This document shows, piece by piece, positions 52,870 through 63,606 of a stretch of DNA of 64,000 bases. The stretch's first letter is position 1; the number at the start of each line of letters is the position of its first letter. The stretch lies in assembly GCF_030028105.1 (NCBI RefSeq), contig NC_092371.1, forward strand, positions 14,529,884 through 14,593,883. Direction: 5' to 3'. The position numbers and the translations under genes are program-made. This DNA is from Mobula birostris. Taxonomy: Eukaryota. Under the pieces are notes generated by a model. The model saw only the letters and a program-made list of their open reading frames with translations, had not been told where the DNA came from and searched no databases.

Positions 52870-54631
52870 TTCTTTTAAATTCCTCCAATAAAATCAACTC
52901 TTTTAATTTATTATACTCCCCATTCACATTTTTGGAAGAAACCTATCGCTCAAAACACACAGATTTATCATAGGCAAATACGACGTAATTTTTTTTCAAC
53001 GGATTTCTTCAAGTTCTGAATCTTTCTCTATAACCCTAAGGAACTAGTTGATACGCTTTCAGTATATGCTGCTTCACAATATCATAATCAAGTTCTTGCT
53101 CAGCAGTTAAAGCTGTATAAACCTGTTAAGCCTTACCTTGAATTGCACTTTGTAACATCACCGGCCATTTCTCTTTCGGCCACTCTGAAATCAGAGACAG
53201 AGTTTCAAAATGGTGGAAATACTTGTCCACTTCTGTTTCATTAGATGGAGGCGCCAATATAACTTCCGGACTAGCAACATAGTGTCTCCTAGAACCTGAG
53301 GGCTGATTCTGCATTTTTAATTTCTCCATCGCTAGCTCAAATTCCCTGTTATTCTCTGCTTCTCTAGCTGCGCATTCCTTCTGTTTATCTTCTTCTTTCG
53401 CTTCGAATTCCTTTACCCTATTGGCTTATCTTTCGGCCATCTCGCCCTTAAATAATTCCAACTTTATCTGTTCAATATGTATATGCATCTCTAGATTACT
53501 CATTGGAAACATATCTGACACTTCTTCATCTAAAATACCGACTCTTTATCGTCTGTCGAGTTTTTCCTCTCAACTACTGGCTTTGTTGTGACATTCGTAA
53601 TGCCTTTGAGGTCCAACCTTTAGCAATCTCGGATACATCACTCCTTTTCTCCTTCGCTACTAACCCCGGGTCTGACGATGCCATAAAGTCGTCAATATTC
53701 ATTGCTGGCGAATTCCACCCACAGACCAATCAAAAAAAGTATCGGGTATTTCCCTTTTCCAAATCAGATTGATAATTAAACAGGCACTTAGGCTCAAAAT
53801 CGGAACCATCCTGGACCAGCCCCCACTATTGTCACGTGACCAGCAATAATGAATATAGAATTGAGTCAGGTTTTAAAAACAAACGCAACGTTTATCAACA
53901 GTAGCGAAAATTATTCAAACCACTAACTTAACCGGAAATTAACTGCTATATGGCAACTCTGGAAGAGTTCTTAAAGTGGTAAATTCGAACACAGTCTTAA
54001 AGTGGTAAATTCAAGCACATTCTTAAAACCGTAAATCCGAAAGTCCAAGTGATATACACAGTCAATTAGGAGAGACTTCTCGGAAAACAGTTTTCTTAGA
54101 GGACGTGACGTTACTGCTGATTCTGTCCAAAGGATTGACGATGAAAGAAACAAAACGGCTGAAAGGAACTGACCTTTTTCTGGCGAATGGACACTGCAAA
54201 AACCTTCCTGATATTACAGGGGTTATCTCAGATGCAGGTCATTATTTCTGAACGTAGATTCAATAAGATCGATCCTGTATTAAACCGCCGAACGACAACA
54301 ACTTTACTCAAACCTTCAGGTTCCTGTACTTTAGTGAGGTCTTCAATACTAGACTTACTATAGAAAGTAAAACTCCACTTTAAAACGAAACTGTGTCATG
54401 AGACGAATACGCAGCATAACGGAGTAACTGACGAATTAAAAACCGAACTAAACTGCGTAACTACAGGGGTTTCCCGTTATATACCTGTTGAGAACATATC
54501 ATCACGTGACATCACACGGGCGGCAAAATTACATCACCCCACCATCACAAGACCATTACATCATGCTCACAAAATACTCAATTACATCATGGTCGTAAGA
54601 CGGTCAGAAGATACCCACGAGGTATGTAACA
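52870..54631 (-). mobile_element. Gypsy-type LTR retrotransposon 5' fragment: LTR, PBS and decayed gag
   Basis: LTR 53830-54631 (TGTTAC...GTGACA on minus). PBS follows, then gag-like 'PPSNETEVDKYFHHFE...WPKEKWPVMLQSAIQGKA'. Confidence 0.85.
53808..53825 (-). promoter_or_regulatory. Primer-binding site complementary to tRNA-Pro
   Basis: TGGGGGCTGGTCCAGGAT versus the tRNA-Pro PBS TGGGGGCTCGTCCGGGAT (16/18), 4 nt from the LTR end. Confidence 0.8.
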
Positions 54632-54682
54632 GGGCAAGGTCAATAAAATTGACATGTCTCCTTCTCATTGCTGCCATCAAGG

Positions 54683-55962
54683 TGTCATGGTTCGGCCCGT
54701 GAAAACCGCATTCCCGTTCACGGTCCGGTTCATCAATCTTATTCCGGGTTTTCCTGTTTTCCCTTGTTCAATTTGGACCCTTAATTGATACACCTGATTC
54801 ACGTATCGGGGTGGCACATAAATACCTCTGCAAACCAAGTGTTCTCCGCTGGACTGCTCACTTCCCCTCCCTATCCGAATCGCCGACAATTACATCGCCA
54901 ATTTCCCTCGGCGGTTTACCTCGGCAGTCACATCGGTAAGTATCCTCAGCAGTCAACCCAGCTGTACGTCCTAGAAAGGGTCACGGCCCTACGTCCTAGA
55001 AAGGGTTCCGGCCCTGCTCTCCAAGAAGGGGTCGCGGCTCCGTACCCAAGGGCCTAACCAAGCTGAGTCAAAGGGCTGAGCCTAGCCTTGTCCAAGAGCC
55101 AAGTCCTGCCCAGGAGTACCTCGCCCAGCCTGGTGCTAGAGATCCCACGTCCTGTGCTAGAGATCCCTCGTTCTGTGCTCGAGTTCCCTCGTCCTGTGCT
55201 GGAGTTCCCTCGTCCAGTCCAGGAGACCCCCGCTTAGTCCAATAATTTCGTCAACTCCAAGTCAGGTCCTAGAACCTCGTCCAGTCCAAGCCACGTGCAG
55301 GAATCTCGTCCAGTCCATGCCACGTCCAAGATCCTCTTCCAGTCCAAACCATATCCAAAAACCTCGTCTTGTCCAAGCCACATCCAAGTACCTCGTCTAG
55401 TCCAACCCACGTCGAAGTCCCTCTTCTAGTCCAAGACAAGTCCTAGACCTCCTCTTGTGTGAGCCTAGTTCAAGGACCTCGTCCTGTCCGAGTCAAGGCT
55501 TTATGCTCTCGTCCTGTCTATGTGCCTCGAACTGTGCAGGAGCTGGCTCTTCGACCAGGCTAGGCTCGGCCTTTTGACTCGGCTTGGTTAAGTCCTTGGG
55601 TACGGAGCCGGGACACCTTCTTGGAGAGTAGGGCCGGGACCCTTTCTAGGACGTAGGGCCGTGACCCTTTCTAGGACGTACAGCCCGGTTGACTGCTGAG
55701 GAAACTTGCCGAGGTGACTGCGGAGGTAAACCGCCGAAAGAAATTGGCGAGGTAATTGTCGGGGATTTGGATAGGGTGGTGAAGTGTACAGTCCAGTAGG
55801 GCACACTTGGTTGGCAGAGGTATTTATGTGCCACCCCAAAACGTGAATCAGGTGTCTCAATTAAGGCACCCAATGGAACAAGGAACACAGGAAAGCCCGG
55901 AATAAAGATCGATAATCCGGACCGTGAACCGGAACGGGGGTTTCACCGACCGGACCATGACA
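54683..55962. mobile_element. Foldback element: ~405-bp inverted arms, TG...CA ends, 5-bp TSD, tandem-repeat core
   Basis: Arms 54683-55087 and 55558-55962; termini TGTCATGG...CCATGACA; CAAGG at 54678-54682 and 55963-55967; 21-bp and 29-bp tandem units at ~55130-55440. Confidence 0.85.
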
Positions 55963-57159
55963 CAAGGAGGAGTTACAGGAGCCTGAAGACAGGCACAACT
56001 TTTCAGAACAGACTCTTCCCCTCTACCATCAGATTTATGAATGGACAATGAACTCATTACACTACCTCAGTATTTTTCCTCTATTTATGCACGAATTATT
56101 TAATTTAATTCTTATATCTGCTTCTTATTGTTATGTATATTTTTTATTAATATGTATTGCAATTATCTGCTGCCGCAAGTCAACAGACCTCGAAATATGC
56201 AAGTGATATTAAACCTTATTCTGATTCTGAATCTTGAGACTCGGCCAATTCAGACACTTTGCAGGTTGCTTGTAACATCTCTGATATGCAGAGGTCAGTG
56301 AAGCCCACAACGAAGAGCGTGGAACGGTTGCTAGTATTGGGGGAGGTAAGGGGACAATGGGCGAAAGGACGGAGTGTCTTTGAACCCACCACTATCAATA
56401 GATTCATGGCATTGGTCTCCTATTTTGCTGGGAACGTCCTCTGCTTAAGAAGTCACTGAGTCAAATACTTACACAATGAAAACACATTCGGCAAGAAACA
56501 CAAGAAACCCAGTTTGATTGTCGTCTGCAGACACACTGCTTTAGATCTAAAAATATTTGTTACTCTTATGGTAAGTGTGAGATGATTTAGTTCAAATCGT
56601 ACACATGTATGCAGCCAAATGAAAAGTCGTTCCTTCCGGAGAAGGCGTACAACACAGTGCATATACCTCCTACACAACACATAAATTAATATTACCACAA
56701 ATAAAAATAAATTCCAGAAGACTGACATTTAATCAATCTTCACTTCATCAGCCTGAATGTTTTGCGATTTTGTTTCCCTTCGGTCGAGGCTCAGTGTGTT
56801 TCTGATGCGACAAAGGTATAATCTATGAACCAGAAACTGGAGTTATGGGAAATTCATATTGGTTGAGCCTTTTCCTCCAGGTGGAAATAAGGTATATGAT
56901 CGGCGTGAAGAGGCCATTCGGACTGATCCGTCTATACTCAGTTAATAATAAAACGTTGAGCATCAGATTTTAACGAAACAAATTTTCAACTTTCTTTTCC
57001 TTTTCCTTCTGAGTACTTTACATTTCTTCTAGCCTCTGATACAAAGAATTCCATAACGTCACTCCTGAAAACCTGGCCCTGCCTCCTCCTGTTCGATACT
57101 CCCTAAATACCGCCACTAACACCTTAGAAACTTATCCAATCTCTCTTTATTCTTTTAAC

Positions 57160-58360
57160 GCCGTGGCTGGCCGTTCCCACATCGACCCCCCTCAGTCCCA
57201 CTCCCTGGTGTACTCCCTGTAACCTTTGATGCCACGGCCGATCAAGGATATATGAATCTCCGCCTTAAATACACCCAACAACATGGCCATAGCCGCCCGT
57301 GGTAACAAACTCTGAAAATTCACCGCCCTTCAGCTAAACAAATTCTCTGCATTTTTTTAAATGGACGCTCCAATATCCTGAGGCTGTGTCCTCTTGTCCT
57401 AGGCTCCCCCACCAAGGCAAACATCCTTTCCATATCCATGTCTCGGCCTTTGAACAGTTAAAAAAAACTTTTCCTGAAATCCCATCCACTCATCCTTCTA
57501 AATCCAGCGAGTACAGCTCCAGAGCCATGAAGCGTTCCACATATGATAACCCTTTCATTCAGAGAATCATCCTTATGAGCCTCCTCTGAACCCTCCCCAA
57601 TGCCAGCACATCTTTTCTTCGATAAGGAGCCCGAAACAGTTCACAATACTCAAGATGAGACCTCACCAGTGCCTAATAAGGCCTCAGTATTACATCCCTG
57701 CAGCGTTATTTCCGAAATGTTAAAGGGAGCCGGAAGATCGTACTGAAACTGTAAACCCAGTTTGAGTATTGTTTCTTGTAAAGCATCTCAGGTAGTCTTG
57801 GGTCAGATTACATTTGGTGATTTGTGAGCAATTGCGGCCTCTTATCTAGGAAAGAATGTGCTGACATTGGAGAGGATCCAGAGAAGGTTGACGAGAATGA
57901 CACCGGGAATGAAATGGTGAACGGATGAGTAGCATTTGATGGTTGTAGTTTAGCAGATTGGGGGGCCGGGGGTGGGGTGTGGGGAATCTCAGTAGAACAT
58001 ACTGAACAATTAAAGGAACAGATAGAGCGGACTTGGTGATGATGTGTCATACAGTGGGAAAGCCTAAGACCAACGGCACAGCCTCAGAATAGAGCGTCGT
58101 CCCATTAGAATAGAGATGAGGAGAATTTCTTTACCGAGAGGGTGATGAATCTATAGAATTCATTGCCACGGACTATTGTGGAGGCCAAGATTTGGGCATA
58201 TTTAAAGCAGAGTTTGATTGGTTGTTGATTAGTGAGGACGTCAAAGGTTTCGGGAAGAATGCAGAAGAATGGCGCCGTGAAAAGGATAATAAATTGGTCA
58301 TGATAGAATAGCGGAGCAAGTTCGATGGGCCGAATGGCCTAATTCCGTTCCTATGTCATG
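57160..58360. mobile_element. Two decayed CR1 3' fragments, head to head (minus ~57160-57700; plus ~57830-58360)
   Basis: Both carry 'KDVLALE.IQRR' and 'RRNFFSQRV'-type text and the CR1 3' UTR. Confidence 0.65.
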
Positions 58361-58717
58361 GGGTCTTATGGTTTTTGGTTTAAAACCACGATGTATTTCC
58401 ATCTCAGGCCAAAGACCTCTTGGTCAGATGCGGGCGTTTAACTCCGCCAAGTGCATCTCTTGTTGTACAAACAGCGGTCTCGACAGCTCAAAATTCAGGG
58501 GTCAAGATTGTTTTTTGTCATTCTTCAGCTACATCAAAAATAATGATTATTACTCCGGATTCGACGCAGCATAAAGCACAATGGAAACACAAAGAAGTGC
58601 AATGAATATAAAGGCAATCTAATAAGACATAATGCACAGTAGCTGAGCTGCAGCGTAAGTTGTAACCACAGGCAGAATAAACCAGAAAGTGACTATTTAT
58701 AAATGCAGTACAGTTTT

Positions 58718-58723
58718 TTTATT
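58718..58723 (-). terminator. Candidate poly(A) signal of the V-C1-ITIM receptor gene
   Basis: AATAAA on the minus strand, about 280 nt after the stop codon. Confidence 0.5.
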
Positions 58724-59004
58724 ATGTTACAATATATTTAATTTGTACAAAGGACAATTCAAAATGATAACAGGGAGGAAAGCTTTGAGATGAAACTTAC
58801 GGAAACTATGCAAAAAACCTCTGTTCTTCACTTAAAGTTTAGAATATGCCAGAATCACGACATCAATATTAGTCCAACGTTATATTCAAATATCAAGTGA
58901 GCCGTAGAAATCTTGTGAATCCAACAGCGTCAGATGATTCGTTCCGTGGGTTTCAGTGTGACCCCAGATTCGGTCCACTTCTTCGTAACCCTCTAACCAG
59001 ATTT

Positions 59005-59067
59005 TCATCTGTGGGGTAAGGATGACGCAGAAAACTCGAGAGAGGCGTAGAGGATCGGTGTTTGGGA
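59005..59067 (-). CDS. Receptor exon 7, ITIM-bearing terminal exon (SQTPILYASLEFSASSLPHR*)
   Basis: Acceptor TTTGCTATACATTCCAG; ILYASL at 59055-59038 fits the consensus (I/V/L/S)xYxx(L/V). Confidence 0.82.
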   Translation of the reverse strand, partial: SQTPILYASLEFSASSLPHR

Positions 59068-62000
59068 CTGGAATGTATAGCAAACATTGGCAATCAAAGA
59101 TATTGCACAGCATGATCTACCATTTTTCAACAGTCACTACTGTGCCAAACTTCCTCTGCGAGATAACCCTTTAAATAACTGCAGCAGATTAGTAAAGTAC
59201 GCCCTCCGTTTCATAATTCCCTGTGGACTCTGTTCAAACTCATCATTCTTTGTACCCAATCACAAACATCAAATTTGTGAATCTTACAACGGGTTGCAGT
59301 CACCATACGTACCTGAGCCGCACTGCCGTGTACTTGCTGCGTTGCCAATTGACCACGTGTCCCTGTATATTGAAAGAACACGAATTGGAACTATTATTAG
59401 GTCTGACCAACTAATAATTAGTTTCAGAAATGTCTCATATGCCAGCAATTCAAATATGACAGTGGCCCCCAATATACCCGCTGTAGGACTCTGCTAATAG
59501 TTTCTAATAATTTCAAATTCACCAATGGTTTTCATCTGTGTCGCGACATTCTTATTCATTTCCAAGTCTAAAAATGACACCCAACATGAGAATATTTCCC
59601 AAATACACAAACAGCGCTGTCATGGAATTCCATGTACCAAGCAAGTGCTGCACCTTGCCCGAGGTTGATCTACAAGCTATTGGAGGAAAAGAGCGCCTTA
59701 CACCACCTCCACTTTAGGGGGTGGATGTATCTCCACCCACTCCACCCAAAGTAAAAATAGAACGACGGGAATAAACACTTTCACTGTACTATATAAACAC
59801 ATTCATTTGGCATAATATCTTTGTCTGAAACCGATCCCTAAATTTTAGAAGGAAAGATAAGAACTGAAATGACAAATGTTAGAAAACACTTTGTACACTT
59901 GAACGTATTTAGATTAACACTACCTAGGACAGAAGGAGGAAGAGGAATAACAGATATAAAAAATCTGCAGAGCAGTTAGATAAAGCTTTTAAGGATATAT
60001 TTTCGTCAACAAAAACAGGATTCAGTATCCACACCAGCATATGCAATATTAATAACAAGTATTGGGTGCATTACTAAACTTCAATGAAAGCACAATTCCG
60101 AAAAATGAAAGAATTATCATCACAAAAGAAAAGGGTAACCAATGGAAGAGCATAACCCTCCATGGAACACTTTCCATGATCCGAGCAGACCAGATGTCGA
60201 AAAGGAAATGTCGAATGCCTAGCTCAGAATTGAAGAACTCTTCCTTGTGCGAAGACAGGACCAGGTGGGTAACACAAAAGCATCAGAAATATATAACAAA
60301 AGACAAACAAATTCAAGACGGTAAATTCAGAAAATGCCCGGAAACACCGGAAACAATCCAACACATTCTAGCAGTTTATATTAATCTGATTACTAACCCA
60401 AGCACAATCAATTGTAATTCAACAAAATCTTGTTCTAAAATCCAAACTCATAAAATACACTGTACCTTATTCTAATTATAAGCCTAATTCAGTTTTAGAG
60501 TCAGTGTCCGACAAATTATATTATGACCGATACATTATTACAGATACGGCTATCCACAGTAGCTGCCTGGATATAATATTACAGGAAAAAAACAAGAAAG
60601 AACAACTTACTTAATAGACATAGCCATTCCATGCAGACATAATATAGAGAAATCATTAAGTGAATAATTCCAGGTATATGCGGAATTAAAAGAGTAAATT
60701 GGAAGTTTCTAGAACATGAACAGGGTATGTCATGTCCTAAAAGTGATATCTACAACGAGTATCTCCTCAAAGTCTCTACAAAGCAGGATTAAACTTTTAG
60801 GCCTACACAGCAATATTTCTATAAATCTTCAGAGAACTACAATACTAAACACCTCTAGAATAGTACAAAGTTCCCAGCAATTGAGGCTATGCTTGGCTAT
60901 TTCCGTACCTCAGGTTTTACCAGATTGATGCAGGAAATAAAATAAAAAAAACAGCAATAATGCTAATATCAGCAACATACATAGAGACACCACTGATGGC
61001 GGGAAAAAGGGTTTCAGGGATTGAGACATTGGATCTCTACCCTCTGGGATTTCAGTCCAATTCGCCGCACTCTCCGCCATAACTCCTTCCCGCGTCCCTC
61101 CTTCTAAACCCAATGGCAGCAGTGATCACACAGTGCCTTGAAACAGGGACCGCAGTGACTGTTAATAGATATATAGATATGTCTGGGAAAAGGCAGCCCT
61201 CACCTGATCTACGCTGTTTAGAGATCCGAATAATTATTAGGATAACCAGGAAGGCAAGGAACCCAAGGAGGATCGCAGTGGGAAGACACCAGCCTAGAGA
61301 AAGAAAAATGTTGCTTGGTGAATTCATGGTTTCCAAGAACATATTTTTAGCGATTTCATTTGGTTTTATGTGAATAATTTTACATCAGTTGATGCACTTT
61401 TAATTATTTATGTATAAATCTTTATTCTTACAACTTTTGAAAGTTTTTACTTCTGTTGCATGTCGTGCCCTGAGTAGCAAATACAACAAACTTGTAATAC
61501 GTGTAAATGTATATAGCGAACAAGTTTGACCTTTGATCCTCAAACTATATTGTACAACCAGAAGCCCACAGCAATGTCAAATTAAGAACGACTCAAAGAA
61601 TGTAATATCACATGAGGCTATACGGTTCCTCAGACCGTTTCCCCGCTTTGCTTCGAAGCCACCATGCCCTTTCCAATCACTTCCGCAGCTCACCATCCCA
61701 ACTTGGGAAAACAGCGCCTTTCTGCCGTGTCTAATTCCTGGCAGCCTCTCCCAACCACACTGTGAGATCATCACGGACATCACAGTGATAAGAAGGAGCT
61801 TCACCCCCAGCTGTTCAAAGGGCTATTAGGGTTGGGTAGCCAATGGTGGATATAAGCACATTCTTAAAAACGAATAAATACAAATTAATACTGACTGTGT
61901 CGCTATTGAACCAGCGAGTTATTCCAGCAGACATAAGACCATAAGACAAAGGAGCAGAATTGGGCCGTTCGGCCCATAGAATCTATTTCGGCATTCCATC

Positions 62001-63504
62001 ACAGCTTAGTAACAATACTTGATGTACAAAACATCGCCTCACCTTGATCTGGTTCAATGGTGATATTGAACACGCTGTTGATTATGGTCTTTCCCGCACC
62101 CCCCAGTTGTGCGATACAGGTGCAGACTCCGCCGCTCCTCCATGTTTCCACTGGAATCAGCACCTGACTTCTAACACTATAGCTCTTGTCTGGGTCAAGC
62201 GTGCCGGTATTGCTCCATCCTTCCATGGTCTGTCCCGATATGTTCCAGTAAATGACAATCTGGTTGGAAGAAAGGCCGCCGACCAGACACACCAGGGCAA
62301 TCGACCTGTTCGTCTCAGACGGTAGGGCAAATATCAGCATGTAGGTCCGGTTGGTGGAACTGTCTGGACAGAGATTGGGATACCGTTAATCGCAGCTTCA
62401 CATGGAAGTACATGGAGGAGTATAATCCCAGTGCCGAGTTCTCTTACCTCCAACCAGGAGTGTGTGTCCCTTCGCAAACGTCGTATAGCTATCTGTTCCA
62501 AAACAGTGGTAGGAACCCGCATCCTCCACCCGGACGTCCCGGATTTCTAGCACTGAAGTGTGATCGCCAGGGCCTTTTTTGTAAGTAGTCCTACAGTCGG
62601 TCTTTCGGCCGTCCGTGGATTTGATCGCAACCAGGGGTTCGTCCGCACGCTGCTTGTACCAGAACACATTGCTTGCGACCTCCAATCTGTACGTGAGTTC
62701 GCAGGAGAGTTCAACCGTCTGACCGACATGTGCAGTCACGACAGACGCACTCTCAGAAAACAGCCTGAGTTCTGCAACTGGAATTATTATCAATTAATTA
62801 AAATTATCTACTATGGAATCAAAGTAAGTAGGATTTAAACACATCGTTCATAGTTAATAGTTTTAGTATGTACTTATTGGCTAAAGTATCTCAAAAACAC
62901 CTAACGGTCTACCAGAAGGAAAATAGATGTTAACTTGGTCAAATTCGCAAGAATTTTCCTTTATTCATTTACCGCATCTGTAGCCGGCAAATTAGTGTGT
63001 CCATCTATCCACAGGTGATCTTAAATTGAGAAGTTTGGTGGCCATTTCAGTCAGGTCTCGCCAAACATTCTCCGTCGGGTTTGGCGTTACATACGGGCAC
63101 AGAGAATTAGTGCACAGATACGCTTCACCAACAGAAGAGGAGCGAGACTTACTCAGAAAATATTCAGAATTTATTTAGGTAGTTCTAGAATCAGCATGAC
63201 ATAGATTCTAGCTCTGTAACCTAGATTTATGATTCACTAAAATTATTTCCCCACTCTCCTGGGATGTTGGATGCAGAGAGCGGAGCGGGGGACGTGTGGG
63301 TAACTTAATCCCGATCATTTATCTGGTTTTATAACCGAACAACATTTCCACTGGGATAACAAACATGCAAGGTCCCATTTCTCCCAACATTTCGGATGAC
63401 CTTGTTTGGAAGTTCTCAAGGCCGACTCACTCACCGCAAAGACGAAACATCTGAACAGTAACGAACAGGATCAAAGCTTCCAACAAAATCGTTACTCGAG
63501 CCAT
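59005..63504 (-). CDS. Non-rearranging VJ-C1-TM-ITIM immunoglobulin-superfamily receptor (7 exons, 328 aa; PRARP/VJC1-like architecture)
   Basis: join(63504-63435, 62777-62448, 62363-62043, 61293-61204, 61103-61041, 59362-59313, 59067-59005) = 987 nt, open throughout, all introns GT-AG with compatible phases. Confidence 0.88.
59313..59362 (-). CDS. Receptor exon 6, cytoplasmic (GTRGQLATQQVHGSAAQ)
   Basis: Acceptor TTCTTTCAATATACAG and donor CAG|GTACGT; 50 nt converts phase 1 to phase 0, as exon 7 requires. Confidence 0.75.
59830..60880 (+). mobile_element. Decayed R4/Dong-like non-LTR retrotransposon (restriction-like endonuclease type) in receptor intron 5
   Basis: 'RLTLPRTEGGRGITDIKNL', zinc-knuckle remnant 'RKCPETPETIQHI' and RLE motif 'DII...YLIDIAIP'. 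Confidence 0.7.
61041..61103 (-). CDS. Receptor exon 5, cytoplasmic (EGGTREGVMAESAANWTEIPE); optional for frame
   Basis: 63 nt, phase 1-1, open; the donor GTAGAG is weak. Confidence 0.55.
61204..61293 (-). CDS. Receptor exon 4, transmembrane (GWCLPTAILLGFLAFLVILIIIRISKQRRS)
   Basis: Acceptor TTTTTCTTTCTCTAG; uncharged hydrophobic run followed by a basic stop-transfer stretch; donor CAG|GTGAGG. Confidence 0.9.
62043..62363 (-). CDS. Receptor exon 3, C1-set domain
   Basis: 'IALVCLVGG', 'IVIYW' and 'SYSVRSQVLIPVETWRSGGVCTC'; four N-glycosylation sequons (NRT, NRS, NIS, NIT); phase 1-1. Confidence 0.92.
62448..62777 (-). CDS. Receptor exon 2, V-set domain with joined J-like G strand
   Basis: 'VGQTVELSC', 'VFWYKQ', 'SVLEIRDVRVEDAGSYHC' and 'FAKGHTLLVG'; phase 1-1; donor GAG|GTAAGA. 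Confidence 0.93.
63435..63504 (-). CDS. Receptor exon 1, signal peptide (MARVTILLEALILFVTVQMFRLC)
   Basis: Strong Kozak context (ATAATGG), hydrophobic core, donor TGCG|GTGAGT, phase 1. Confidence 0.85.
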
Positions 63505-63606
63505 TATTCGGCGACGCTGTGGTCGACTCTCAGGAGTCGGACTGATTTCAGTCGCGGCTCTGTGCAGCCTCTCAGCTGCCGTGGACACTGCTCGATGCCG
63601 AAGTTC

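Noticed and set aside
55130-55440. Regular 21-bp and 29-bp repeats resembling a CRISPR array
   Set aside because: The units are head-to-tail with no unique spacers, the context is eukaryotic, and there are no cas genes.
56473-56670. Two possible minus-strand micro-exons (Cys-rich 'CVCRRQSNWVSCVSCRMCFHC' and SH3-like 'TVLYAFSGRND')
   Set aside because: The implied intron is only about 60 nt, no flanking exons complete a gene, and the similarity is too short to support; RNA-seq would be needed.
61129-61764. RSS-like heptamers CACAGTG (61129-61135) and CACTGTG (61758-61764) in receptor introns
   Set aside because: No nonamer at 12- or 23-bp spacing, and they are not adjacent to the V exon; this frequency is expected by chance.
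62043-62777. Interpreting the V-C1 gene as a TCR, NAR-TCR or IgL chain
   Set aside because: The J-like strand is fused to V with no RSS; the TM lacks the charged residues of TCR chains; and it has a long ITIM-bearing tail, which IgL and TCR chains lack.
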